From NCBI GenBank assembly GCA_031414955.1, contig JANOQV010000240.1, positions 1 to 64,000 of the forward strand: 64,000 nucleotides of DNA. Direction: 5' to 3'. Below the pieces are notes generated by a model, which searched no databases, had not been told where the DNA came from, and saw only the letters and a program-made list of their open reading frames with translations. The position numbers and the translations under genes were made by a program. The stretch comes from Pedosphaera sp. Lineage in GTDB: Bacteria > Verrucomicrobiota > Verrucomicrobiia > Limisphaerales > SIBH01. The first letter of the stretch is position 1, and every line of letters starts with the position of its first letter. Shown piece after piece: positions 29,626 to 40,400 of the stretch.

Positions 29626-30218
29626 TCAGGATTGGCATCGGCGTAGAAGGCCCATCGGATAAGGCGTTTTGGGAGAAGGTTTTACACCGCAGTTTCCCCG
29701 GTTGCTTATTCAATATCGCCACCCTTTCCGGTAGAACAACTCTCGCTCGGATCGCGCCGGATGTGGCCGAAGGGTTCCGCAACTCGGGCCACGCCGCTGC
29801 CTTCTTCTTGCTAGATGCCGACAAAATGCTCTGCGCTTCGTCCGTGCTGGGACTGTTCGACGAATCGTTTCGTGCTGAGGCTTTTCGACAGCCCGCGCCA
29901 AGCCGGTTCGCCCATATCGCTGTGGCGATTCGCGAACTGGAGTCGTGGGTGCTGGCCGATGAAAAATGCATTTCCGAGTTGTTCGACTGCCCCGGATACA
30001 AAGCTCCAGACAGGAAAGACAAGCCGGCGGGCAAGGCCAAGTTTCTGCGGCTCTGCCGGGATCGAAACGCCACGCTCGGCGGCCTAGATGATCGGGAACT
30101 GGCCGGTCGCGCTGGTAGTCGATTCAACCCGGCCCACGCACGAAAGCATTCAACCTCGTTTGATTATTTTTGGAATCGGCTAACGGCGAGAATTGAAACG
30201 GCTCGCGCGTCGCAATGA
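29622..30218 (+). CDS. DUF4276-like TOPRIM nuclease partner of the ATPase
   Basis: VEGPSD, LLDAD, RELESWVLAD, STSF motifs; ATGA overlaps at both ends. Confidence 0.75.
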   Translation: MIRIGIGVEGPSDKAFWEKVLHRSFPGCLFNIATLSGRTTLARIAPDVAEGFRNSGHAAAFFLLDADKMLCASSVLGLFDESFRAEAFRQPAPSRFAHIAVAIRELESWVLADEKCISELFDCPGYKAPDRKDKPAGKAKFLRLCRDRNATLGGLDDRELAGRAGSRFNPAHARKHSTSFDYFWNRLTARIETARASQ

Positions 30219-31672
30219 ACCACGCCCTTTCCGCCAGTCTCTTTCGCGAAGTCGGGAAGAATTTCTTCGGCGTTCTGGCCGGGCCGTTGGCGCGGCTTTA
30301 TGTGGATGCGCTCGACACACTGGAGCGCGAGGCGGGACAGCGGAATCAGGGAATCGACCGCGAGGAGGCGCTGGCCTTGGTGGAGCAGGTCGTGGAGCAA
30401 CACGAGGATTTGGCGGACGTGGGCGATGAGTCGGTTTCTCAAATCGCCACGAGCCGCGAGCGGGCGCGGACTGTGCTCGAAACGCTGCGCACTGCTGGTT
30501 GGTTGCAGGAAGAAGCACGCACGGACTGGCAGCGGCTCGTGTTCTTTGATGCCAAAGGCACCCATCTGCTGCACGCGCTCCGTAAGATCGCGTTCCCTGA
30601 AGCAGCGTTCTTTTCCGACAAGCTGGTCAACGTCTGCGTCACGCTCGCACGAGGCGGCGAGTTGAACCTGGACGCGCTCCAGGATAATCCGTGGGCGCAG
30701 ATCGAGACGAGCGTTGAAAACCTCCAAGCCGGTCTCACGGAGCTGCGCGGGATGCAAAAGTCCATCGAGCGCCACACCAAACAGCAGCTCGCGGCCACCA
30801 CGCTCCAGGAAAACCTCGAGCTGTTTCTCGACCAGTTTGCTGAGCGCATCGGGCGCACCTGCTACGCGCAACTCGTTCACGCGCGCCTGCCCTCGAGGCT
30901 CGCCGAAACGCGCCGGGCCTTGGAAAGCCTGTCTTCCCACGCCGACCTCACGACCAAGATGCAGTCCGAAGTCATGCGCCGCGAGCCGGCCCTCACGGCG
31001 GAAGCGGCGATGGCGCGCGTGCGTCTGCGGATCAACGATCTGGAGGAGATGTTGCATCAGGTCGAGCCGCTGGCCGATGCCATTGACCGGCGCACGGCGG
31101 AATTCGCCCGCCGTTCGCAAGGGCGCTTCCGCTACTTGCAGGAAACGACGAGCGAGAACCGCGCCCGTGTTCAGACGTTCTTCGAGACGCTCAACCGCCA
31201 TTTCGCCGGCCGGCGCGTCGCCGATGTGGACGCCCTCGGCCTGGAACTCCCCGCCTTGCGCCTGCATGACGCGCGGCTGTTCGGCGGGCTAGAATCGCTC
31301 TACACGCCGCGTCTGCGCCGTGCCGCCGGAGAGATTGAACCGCTGGAGGATGCCGACCCACGGCAAGCCGACCGCGCGCTCGCGCAACTGGGGAACAACA
31401 TGCGCGACTCGCTCACGACCAGCCGCGCCAACCGCTTTGTCGCCACGCTGCCGGGTGAACGCGGTGCGACATGGAGTTCCGCCGACCTCCTGCGCGAGCA
31501 CGTCCACAACGACGAGGACGTGGCCAGCGTCATCGCCTGCCTGCTGCACGCACGCTCCACGGACGCGCGCTTCGAGGTGGGCGTGCCGCGCCGCGATTCG
31601 GAGGCGGACGCCGGGGACTTCGATTCGAAATTCCAATACCGCGTCGAGAGGTTCACGCTGGTGAAGAAATGA
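30215..31672 (+). CDS. jetA: Wadjet kleisin subunit JetA (DUF5716/DUF3375-like)
   Basis: FF..LAGP...LY.DAL, LRTAGWL; helical 485 aa; first of the four-gene ABCD array. Confidence 0.8.
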   Translation: MNHALSASLFREVGKNFFGVLAGPLARLYVDALDTLEREAGQRNQGIDREEALALVEQVVEQHEDLADVGDESVSQIATSRERARTVLETLRTAGWLQEEARTDWQRLVFFDAKGTHLLHALRKIAFPEAAFFSDKLVNVCVTLARGGELNLDALQDNPWAQIETSVENLQAGLTELRGMQKSIERHTKQQLAATTLQENLELFLDQFAERIGRTCYAQLVHARLPSRLAETRRALESLSSHADLTTKMQSEVMRREPALTAEAAMARVRLRINDLEEMLHQVEPLADAIDRRTAEFARRSQGRFRYLQETTSENRARVQTFFETLNRHFAGRRVADVDALGLELPALRLHDARLFGGLESLYTPRLRRAAGEIEPLEDADPRQADRALAQLGNNMRDSLTTSRANRFVATLPGERGATWSSADLLREHVHNDEDVASVIACLLHARSTDARFEVGVPRRDSEADAGDFDSKFQYRVERFTLVKK

Positions 31673-32343
31673 CGGACCTCGGCTCACCCTCCCAACCCGG
31701 CGGCCTCCTCGCCCGGCTCGACCCGCACGACCGTGAGCGGCTGGGCGAGGCGCTGCGGGAGCTGCTCGCCCACGGGTCCATTCTCGGCTTCGAGCCGGCG
31801 CAGAACGGGCTCTATCACTGGAGCCACCAGAACCGCCCGTGGGTTGAGGAGTTCGCCGGCCTGCTCGACCTCAAGCTCCATTGGGACCACCAGGAACGCA
31901 TCGTGCAGGCCGTGCCGCAGGGCCGCGCCTTTCTGCTCACCCTCAAGCTCGACGCCACGCTCGTCTTGCTCACGCTCTGGTATGAGTTCGACACCGCGCT
32001 CCGCGACCGGGGTGAGTCCCCGCCGGTCGAGCTGACCGTGCAACAGCTCAACGATTCGCTCGCCGAGAAGTTTGAGCCACTCCGCAAACATCTCCCCAGC
32101 CAGACCCGGCTGCGCGAGATACTCTCCCTCGCCCAGCGGAAGAATCTGCTGCGCCACACCTTCGACCCCGCCGCGCCGGAGCGCTCCACCATCCAGATAT
32201 TCCGCACGCTCCACCGCGCCATCGAGTTCCAAAGCATCGAGGAGTGGAACAAGCATGCGGAGCGCTACCTAGCCGGGCTCAAGGAGCCAGGCGCTGAGGC
32301 GGCACCGCTCACCGAAGCCGGTGGAGACGACAAAAGCGAATGA
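31669..32343 (+). CDS. jetB: Wadjet KITE subunit JetB (DUF4194-like)
   Basis: About 224 aa between jetA and jetC; LKLDATLVLLTLW..YE motif; ATGA coupling on both sides. Confidence 0.8.
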   Translation: MTDLGSPSQPGGLLARLDPHDRERLGEALRELLAHGSILGFEPAQNGLYHWSHQNRPWVEEFAGLLDLKLHWDHQERIVQAVPQGRAFLLTLKLDATLVLLTLWYEFDTALRDRGESPPVELTVQQLNDSLAEKFEPLRKHLPSQTRLREILSLAQRKNLLRHTFDPAAPERSTIQIFRTLHRAIEFQSIEEWNKHAERYLAGLKEPGAEAAPLTEAGGDDKSE

Positions 32344-35300
32344 CCCCCACGATTCGACTCACCCGCATCCACGCGCTGAACTGGTATGGCTACAAGGACA
32401 CCATCCCGGTCGAGGGCAACCTCCTGCTCGCGGGCGTGACCGGCTCGGGCAAGTCCATCCTCATGGACTTGATTCAGCTCGTGCTCGTCGGCGACCAGCG
32501 GCTCGTGCGCTTCAACCAGTCCGCCACCGGCGACCGCTCGGACCGTTCGCTCAAGGGCTACTGCCTCGGCGACACCAAGCAGGAGGAAAACGGCGTCACC
32601 CAATACATGAGGCACAGCGCCATCACCTACGTGGCGCTCGAGTTCACCTGGCCGAACGGCAAGCGCGTCGAGACGTGGGGACTGCGCATCGAGTTCGCCA
32701 GCGCGGCGGAGACGCGGGGGACGGTCACGCCGTTCTTCATCCCGGCCGCGCTAGCGCGCAGCGACTTTCTCGACGCGGAGAAGCGCCCGCTGGACTCCAC
32801 CGCGTTCAAGGCGCTGACTGAATCGCACGCCGCCCGCGACGGCACGCGAGGGCGGATTTATCCCGAAGGTCTCCAGGCCTACCTGCGCGATATGGCGCAG
32901 CCGACGCACTTGAATTTCGACCGCGAGGTGTTGAGCGCGCTGCTCCCCACGGCGATGTCCTTCACCTTCCTCAAGAGCTTCAACGACTTCGCCCGCCAGT
33001 TCATCCTGCCCGCCGACAAGCTCGACGTGAGCGACGTGACGGCGAGCTACCGCACGTTCCTCGGCTACGAGCGCGACCTGACGGAACTCAACGACCAGTT
33101 CCAGCGGCTCAAGGCCATCCGCGACACCTTCACTCGCCTGACCGAACTTCGCCGCGACCGCGCGCTGGCCCGTTATCTCGAAGCCCAACTCCGCCACGAA
33201 TACGCCGGCGAGCAACTGCAAGACGACGAAGCCCGTCTCGCGAAACTGCGCGAGGAATACGCCGGGGAGGAGCAGCGGCTGAAGGAACTCGACGAAGCAC
33301 TGCCTGAACTTCAGCGCCAGATTGACGGACTGAAAGCCGCCATCAACGAGACGCCGGACGGCCGACTCTACGCGGATTTGAAGTCGCGCAACGAGAAGCT
33401 CGCCCGCCAACTTTCCCAACTCTCCGACACCGGCAACTCCCTCGAACAAGCCCTCGCCAACCGCATCCGCAACGCCCGCGCCTGGCTCAAAGACCTCCGC
33501 GCCCTGCCGCTCGAACTCGATGCCGTCTCCGTCGGCTCCGTCGAGCGCGCCCTCACCGCCGTCGTGGACGGCCGCGTGGGCAAGGCCGGCGAGACGCTGC
33601 CCGCGCTGGGCACGGCCGCGCAGACCGCCGCCATCGCCGCCAGCCGCGCCGCCGCCCCGACCCAGAAACGGCTCGGCGAAGTTCGCCAGCATCTCGGCCA
33701 GCTTCGCGACGAGATTGCCACGCTCAAGCTGGGCAAGCTGCCCGGCGGCAACTCGCGCCTGCTCGACGCGCTCAACGCCAGCCTGCTCACGCACGGCCCG
33801 GAGCTGCCCGCGCAGCCGTTGTGCAAGCTGTGCGAGGTCATGGATGAGCGCTGGCGTCCAGCCATCGAGACCGCCTTCACGCGCAAGTTCGCCATCGTCG
33901 TCCCGCCGGAGCATTACGACCTGGCGGAGCAGACCTACCACGGTTTGAAGGCGGCGAACCTCGGCGGCGAGTCGGGGCGCGAATCGCTCATCAATCCGGT
34001 GAAGGCGCTCCGGCTCAAGAAAACCATCCGCCCCGGTTCGCTCGCGGAGAAGTTGCAGACCAGCCATCCGGTCGCGGCGGCCATCGTCAGCCACTTGTTC
34101 GGCGACCTGATGTGCGTCGAGCGGCGTGAGGCGTTGCGCGAGCACGACTACGCCATCCTGCCCGACGGCTTCATGACGCGCGGCGCGTTTGTGGAGCGCC
34201 CGCGCTTCTACGACGGCAACCCTTTCGTCGGCCAACGCGGGCTGGAGCAGCAGCGCGTGTGGAAGGAAAAGCAGCGCGACGAGCTGGAGGCCGAGGAGCG
34301 CAAGCTGGCCCCGGTCGAACGCGCCGTGCAGGCCTTGAACGACGGCTGGCGCGAGCATTTCGACATCGCCCCCAGCCTCTACGGCGACCTCGCTCGGGCG
34401 CAGGAGCTGCCGAAATTGAAGGCCGAGTTGGACGAGAACATCGCCAAGCTCAAGACCATTGACCGGGCGAAGTTCGATGAACTGGCGCAGGAGCAGTCGA
34501 AATGGGAGGCGAGCTTGAAGGCGATGGAGGAGGAACGCCGCGCGCTCGACCGCAGCGAGAAGCGAGTCGAGCTGCGGCGCTTGGAAAGCCACGCTGAACT
34601 GACTCGTGGCGAGGTGAAGAAGCTGGCGGAGAAGTTCGAGCAAGTCCGCAACGAGACCGACATCTCGCCGTGGTTGCCGAGGCTGGCGGAAGTGCGCGCG
34701 GAGATGCTCGGGCGGTTCCCGGCAAAGGACATCGCGGCAAACCGCCTCAACGACCAGTTCCACGACTGCACGGAAAAAGCTGCCGCCGCGTGGGAGGACG
34801 TGAAGGCCAAACGCCGGGAACTGGCGATGGCTCACCCCAAGTTCGACGACCTGCCTATCGAGGCGGAGACAAACACGGCGCACGACCAGCCACTGGCCAA
34901 GCTGGGCGACTACATTCCCGACTACAAAGCCAAGTCAGAGCGCGAGCGCCAGAACTGGGAACATCTCTTCCGCACGCAGATTTTGGAGAAGCTCCACAGC
35001 GCGCTCATGGATGTCCGCGACCGGATTTCCATCCTCACCACGGAACTGAAGAAGCGCCCCATCGGAACCAACACCTACGAACTTCGACTCCGGCGCAATC
35101 CCGATTACCAGCTCTACCATGAGTTGCTCGAAGCCAGCGCGTTGGCCCGTGGTGACGACCTGTTCTTCGCTTCCGCCGACGAGCGGTTCCGAAATGCCAT
35201 CGCGCACTTCCTCAAGACCCTCACCGAAGCTCCGGACGGAGCCGAGGCCGCGCGCCTGCTCGACTACCGGCACTACTACGAATACGACATGGAGGTCGTC

Positions 35301-35711
35301 GAGGCGGACGGGCGCAAGACGAGCGTGGACCGGCACTCCGGCAAGTTCAGCGGCGGCGAAAACCAGTCGCCCTACTTCATCGCCATCCTCGCCAGTTACC
35401 TGCGCGCCTATCGTCGCTACAGCAATTCGCGCAAACAGGAGCCGTCGCTGGGACTGGTGCCGATTGACGAGGCGTTCTCCAAACTCAGCGGCGAGCGCAT
35501 CAAGGACTGCATCACCGCGCTCAAGGCGTTTGATTTGCAGGGCGTGTTCTCGATGAGCACGGGCAACATCCCCTACGCCTTCGAGCACTGTGACTGGCTG
35601 GTGGTGGTGTCCAAAGAAGAACGTCGCCTCGGCAACCGGACGGAAATTCGCAACATCCCGGTGAGCCTCGCGCGCGATTCCGAGGACGCGCGGCAGCTGT
35701 TGAACGAGTAA
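32340..35711 (+). CDS. jetC: Wadjet SMC ATPase JetC
   Basis: RIHALNWYGY, GVTGSGKS, FNQSA..RSLKGY, long coiled coils, LDYRHY, FSGGENQ, IDEAFSKL. Confidence 0.92.
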   Translation: MTPTIRLTRIHALNWYGYKDTIPVEGNLLLAGVTGSGKSILMDLIQLVLVGDQRLVRFNQSATGDRSDRSLKGYCLGDTKQEENGVTQYMRHSAITYVALEFTWPNGKRVETWGLRIEFASAAETRGTVTPFFIPAALARSDFLDAEKRPLDSTAFKALTESHAARDGTRGRIYPEGLQAYLRDMAQPTHLNFDREVLSALLPTAMSFTFLKSFNDFARQFILPADKLDVSDVTASYRTFLGYERDLTELNDQFQRLKAIRDTFTRLTELRRDRALARYLEAQLRHEYAGEQLQDDEARLAKLREEYAGEEQRLKELDEALPELQRQIDGLKAAINETPDGRLYADLKSRNEKLARQLSQLSDTGNSLEQALANRIRNARAWLKDLRALPLELDAVSVGSVERALTAVVDGRVGKAGETLPALGTAAQTAAIAASRAAAPTQKRLGEVRQHLGQLRDEIATLKLGKLPGGNSRLLDALNASLLTHGPELPAQPLCKLCEVMDERWRPAIETAFTRKFAIVVPPEHYDLAEQTYHGLKAANLGGESGRESLINPVKALRLKKTIRPGSLAEKLQTSHPVAAAIVSHLFGDLMCVERREALREHDYAILPDGFMTRGAFVERPRFYDGNPFVGQRGLEQQRVWKEKQRDELEAEERKLAPVERAVQALNDGWREHFDIAPSLYGDLARAQELPKLKAELDENIAKLKTIDRAKFDELAQEQSKWEASLKAMEEERRALDRSEKRVELRRLESHAELTRGEVKKLAEKFEQVRNETDISPWLPRLAEVRAEMLGRFPAKDIAANRLNDQFHDCTEKAAAAWEDVKAKRRELAMAHPKFDDLPIEAETNTAHDQPLAKLGDYIPDYKAKSERERQNWEHLFRTQILEKLHSALMDVRDRISILTTELKKRPIGTNTYELRLRRNPDYQLYHELLEASALARGDDLFFASADERFRNAIAHFLKTLTEAPDGAEAARLLDYRHYYEYDMEVVEADGRKTSVDRHSGKFSGGENQSPYFIAILASYLRAYRRYSNSRKQEPSLGLVPIDEAFSKLSGERIKDCITALKAFDLQGVFSMSTGNIPYAFEHCDWLVVVSKEERRLGNRTEIRNIPVSLARDSEDARQLLNE

Positions 35712-35714
35712 GCC

Positions 35715-36866
35715 ATGAAAGCGTCTTCGCCCGTGCTCGAAGCTCTGGCCCGCCGTTATGATCTCACGCAGGCAGGGCGAACGGGAGAAGCCAGTCGCGA
35801 TGTGTTGCTCCAGATCGAAGGTTTGCTGAAGGAAGCCGGCTCCCATGAAGGAGAAGCGCGCGCCGTCGCCGAGCAACACCTTCAGGAAGCGCAGCGAACC
35901 GGAATTCTCACCATCGAGCCGTTGCACAAACGCGACCGCAAGTCGTTTGGGCAAATTCGTTTTTCACCCTCCAACGAAGCCCGGCTTTACGAGCGACTGG
36001 GCCGCAACTCGCCCACGCAACTCCGCATCGCACTCGCGGGGCAGTTCACCGCTGCCGAGTCGTCCGAGATTCCCGACCGCTGGCGCAACAACTGGCGGGA
36101 CTGGTGCGAGCGCATGCGAACGGCGGCGCTGACCGGCGGCTCGACCGCACCGTTTGACCGGCATTCCAGCGAGGAGAACACAGAGTTGCTCACGCTTCTG
36201 CCCAAACTGCTGGCGTGGGAAGGCGAGTCGCTGGTGCGCTTCGCGAGCTGCGTGCTCTGCTGCGGCTCTAAAAAGATTGAGGCCTCAAAAAAGCTGGAGG
36301 CATGGGCGGCGAAGGAGGAACAGGGAGAATTCGCCGGACGCCTGCGCGGAAAACTTGGACGCCTGCTGGAGGACATCACAAGTGGAGAAATCAAGACGCT
36401 CGACGACCTGGGAATTTTGCCCAACCCGCGCTTTGCCCTCGTCCACGGCCCGTTGCGATTGCGGCTGGATGGCGAATGGCTCGACCTCGGACGGTTGCAC
36501 GGCGCGTTTCGCCTCGCGCTGACCGACATCGAACGCGCCGAAGAAATCACCACCAGCGCCCGCCGCTGCCTGACGGTGGAGAATGAAACCTCCTTTCACG
36601 AACTCGCCAAACTCCGCAGTGGCGAGCTGTTGCTTCAGACGAGTTATCCTGGCTCCGGCACGCTGGCGTTACTGCAACGGCTGCCCGCCAACCTTGAGTT
36701 CTGGCACTTTGGCGACACCGACGAGGACGGCTTCAAGATTCTGCGATGTCTGCGGGAGAAAACAGGGCGCGACTTCCAACCACTGCACATGGAACGGGGC
36801 CGCGCCTCTCTTGAGCAGGAGTCGCTCGGACGCCCTACGCGGAAAGATTGGCCATTCTATGATTGA
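35715..36866 (+). CDS. jetD: Wadjet TOPRIM nuclease JetD (DUF2220-like)
   Basis: LTVENETSF, HFGDTDEDGF, LEQE; directly follows jetC. Confidence 0.85.
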   Translation: MKASSPVLEALARRYDLTQAGRTGEASRDVLLQIEGLLKEAGSHEGEARAVAEQHLQEAQRTGILTIEPLHKRDRKSFGQIRFSPSNEARLYERLGRNSPTQLRIALAGQFTAAESSEIPDRWRNNWRDWCERMRTAALTGGSTAPFDRHSSEENTELLTLLPKLLAWEGESLVRFASCVLCCGSKKIEASKKLEAWAAKEEQGEFAGRLRGKLGRLLEDITSGEIKTLDDLGILPNPRFALVHGPLRLRLDGEWLDLGRLHGAFRLALTDIERAEEITTSARRCLTVENETSFHELAKLRSGELLLQTSYPGSGTLALLQRLPANLEFWHFGDTDEDGFKILRCLREKTGRDFQPLHMERGRASLEQESLGRPTRKDWPFYD

Positions 36867-36898
36867 AAAAGTCTGCGGATTCACCGGATGTAAACGAT

Positions 36899-37234
36899 AT
36901 GGCAACGCAACGGGCCACGATTGATTTTCTGCTGGAGAAGCTCCGCGAGCCGAAGCGCTTTTCCGCCCGCGCCATGTTCGGCGAATACGCGCTCTACGCC
37001 GACGGTCGGGTGGTGGCGCTGGTTTGCGATGACCGCCTCTATGTGAAGCAGCTTCCGGCCAGCCGGGTGCTCGAACCGCTCTGCGAGCAGGGCCATCCTT
37101 ATCCCGGTGCGAAGCTGCATTACATCGTGGAGGAGGGACAACTGACCAGCTTGCCAATGCTGGCCTCGATCCTGTTCGCACTGGCGGCATCGCTGCCCGA
37201 GACGAAAAAGCGCCGCCCGACCGGGAAGCGGTGA
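36899..37234 (+). CDS. TfoX/Sxy N-terminal domain protein
   Basis: RAMFGEYALYADG.VVALVCDDRLYVK, PYPGAK; alternative TTG start at 36863 overlaps the jetD stop. Confidence 0.85.
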   Translation: MATQRATIDFLLEKLREPKRFSARAMFGEYALYADGRVVALVCDDRLYVKQLPASRVLEPLCEQGHPYPGAKLHYIVEEGQLTSLPMLASILFALAASLPETKKRRPTGKR

Positions 37235-37482
37235 GCCGACGGCTTTCGACTCCAAACCAACCCCCCAGCGGATGTCCGAGTGCCGGCACCGGCGGGATTC
37301 AATTGGGCCGCGGCGGCCAGCCGGAAGCGACAGGCCATCGCTCGTCCGGCACCGGAGAAAACGACTCCCTGAAATTCGCGGCCAGAGGGGGTCCGCTGAT
37401 TTGCCCCGCGACATTTGGTGAAGAGCAGTCGGCCATTGCCCGTCTCTTCTGCCCCGTGGTATTCCCACGGCTCTCACAAATT

Positions 37483-40400
37483 ATGAAACGACAAATGCGT
37501 TTGGTGCTCCTCGGTTTTTTTGTGTTGCTGAAGGCAACGTCCGGCGTCGCGGCGGACAAGCTGGAACTCAAGACCGGCGATCACGTCGCCATCATCGGCA
37601 ACACGTTGGCCGACCGGATGCAGCACTCCGGTTGGTTCGAGGCGCTCACTTACGAACAGTTGCCCAAGCACCAGCTCGTCTTTCGCAATCTTGGCTACGC
37701 CGCCGACGAGTTGGTCACGCGTCCGCGGTCGGAGAATTTCGGCTCGCCCACTGACTGGCTTACGCGCGCGCAGGCCGATGTGGTGCTGGCGTTCTTTGGG
37801 TTCAATGAGTCATTCAAGGGCGCGGACGGGCTGGCCAAGTTCCGCGAAGATCTCGAGAAGTTCATCAAGGAGACGCGCGCCGCGAATTACAGCGGCAAGG
37901 GTGCGCCGCGCCTCGTGATCCTCTCGCCCATCGCCGCCGAGAAGCACCGCGATGTGAATTTCCCTGATCCCGCCCCGATCAACCGCCAGCTTGCGCCCTA
38001 CGTTCAGGCCATGCGCGAGGTCGCGGCAGCAAACGGCGTCCAGTTCGTCGATCTGTTCGCGGCTTCGCAGAAGGCTTACGCGGCGGCCAAGACCTCGCTG
38101 ACCATCAACGGCGTTCACCTGAGCGACGACGGCTACAAGGCGCTCGCGCCCGCCATGTTCGCGGAAGTGTTCGGCAGCAAAGCGCCGGCGATGGACAGCA
38201 CGGGCTTCGAAAATCTCCGCGCCGCCATCAACGACAAGAACAAGGTCTGGTTCTCCCGCTATCGCACCGTCGATGGCTACAACGTCTATGGCGGACGCTC
38301 CGCGCTGGCCTATGCGCCGAACAAGGGACCGTTCATCACCGACCGCAACGCGCCCGAGCCGCACATCTCGAATTACAAAGTCATGCAACAGGAGATGACG
38401 CAGCGCGACGTGATGACCGCGAACCGCGATGCGCGCATCTGGGCCGTGGCGCAGGGCGGCAACCTCGCGGTGAAGGACGACAATTTGCCGCCCGTGACCG
38501 AGATCAAGAGCAACAAGCCCGGCCCGAATCCCGACGGCTCGCATCCCTTCCTCGGCGGTGCGGAGGCCATGCAGCACATCAAGGTGCCGCCGGGCTGCAA
38601 GCTCCAGTTCATTGCGTCGGAGAAGGAATATCCCGAGTTGGTCAAGCCGGTGCAGATCGGCTTCGACACGAAGGGACGGCTGTGGGTCGCGGCCTGGAAG
38701 AATTATCCCGAGCGCACTCCGACGAGCCAAGACGGCGACAAGCTGCTGGTGTTCGATCTCAACCCCGACGGCAGCGTGAAGAAGATGACGACGTTCATCG
38801 ACGACTTGAACTGCCCGACCGGCTTTCAGTTCTACAAGGACGGCGTGCTGCTCATGCAGGCGCCGGACCTGTGGTTCATCCGCGACACGGATGGCGACGG
38901 CAAGGCCGACTCGAAGGTGCGCGTGTTGAACGGCATGGACTCGGCGGACTCGCACCACACGGCGAACGCGATCTGCTACGAGCCGGGCGGCGCGATTTAT
39001 TTGAGCGATGGCACCTTCCATCGCACCAGCGTAGAGACGGCGCAGGGACCGGTGCGCAACATCAACGGGGCCATCTATCGTTTCGAACCGCGCACGAGCA
39101 AGTTCTACCGCCATGTGCCTTACGGTTTCGCCAACCCGCACGGGCGCGTCTTTGATGCCTGGGGCAACGACTTCATCACCGACGCCACGGGCAACGCCAA
39201 TTACTTCGGTCCGGCTTTCAGCGGTTATCTCGAGACCGGCAGTCATTCGGGCATGAACACCTATTGGAAGAACCCCTCGCGCCCGTGCCCTGGCACGGCG
39301 ATTCTGAGCAGCCGCCATTTCCCCGAGTCGATGCAGGGCGAGTTCCTGAACATCAACGTCATTGGCTTCCAGGGCATCTTCCGCGCGAAGAACACGGAGG
39401 AAGGTTCCGGCATCCTCGGCACCACGGTCACGCCCCACATGCTCGACAACGACAACGCGAAGAATCCGAACTTCCGTCCCATCGCCGCCGACGTCGCACC
39501 GGACGGCTCGCTCTACGTGCTCGACTGGGCGAACTCGATCATCGGCCACATGCAGCATCATCTCCGCGACCCGAACCGCGATCAGATTCACGGCCGCATT
39601 TACCGCATCACCTATCCCGAGCGCCCGTTGCTCACGCCGAAAAAGGTCGACGGCCAGCCCATCGCGGCGCTGCTCGATCTGTTGAAGGAGCATGAGGACA
39701 ACGTGCGCATCCGCGCCAAGATCGAGTTGGACAAACACGACTCGAAGCAGGTCATCGCCGCCGTGCAGAAGTGGGCCAAGCAGTTCGACCCGAAAAAAGT
39801 TGCAGACGCGCATCACCTGCTCGAAGCCCTGTGGGTCCACCAGTGGCACAACGTGGTGAACGAGCCGCTCCTCCGCACGCTGCTCGCCTCGCCCGACCCG
39901 CGCGCCCGCGCCCAGGCCGTGCGCGTGGTTGGCTATTGGGGCGACCGCGTTTCGCAGCCGCTGCTCGCCGTGAAGGCCGCCGCCAACGATTCCGCCCCGC
40001 GCGTCCGTCTCGAAGCCGTGCGCGTGGCCAGCTTCTTCGAGGGCAACGACGCCATGGAAGCCGCCTACCAGATCACCAAGTACCCGACCGATTACTACCT
40101 CGACTACACCTTCAAGGAGACGACCAAGCAGTTGAGCAAGTCCGCGAAGGGTTTTGCGCCCAAAGATCCGGCGCTCGTCGCCGCCGTGGTCAACCGCATG
40201 ACCGACCAGGAACTGCTCGCCGCGCCCAAGACGGAGCCGGTGCTGCTCGCCCGCCTCGAACGCAAGACCTCGGACGTGAACACGCGCAACGCCGCGCTCG
40301 AAGACTTGGCCAAGCTGCGCAAGACCGACCGCGTCACCGAGGCCGTGGCCGCGCTCACCCGCCTCGACGAACCCGGCACGCCGCTCCAGTCCATCAACGA

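Noticed and set aside
28384..30218. Calling the pair PARIS, Septu or Gabija
   Set aside because: No HNH or UvrD partner; motifs look DUF4276-like rather than DUF4435; needs HMM confirmation
30215..35711. Housekeeping MukBEF/SMC condensin
   Set aside because: A downstream TOPRIM jetD and the defence context indicate Wadjet
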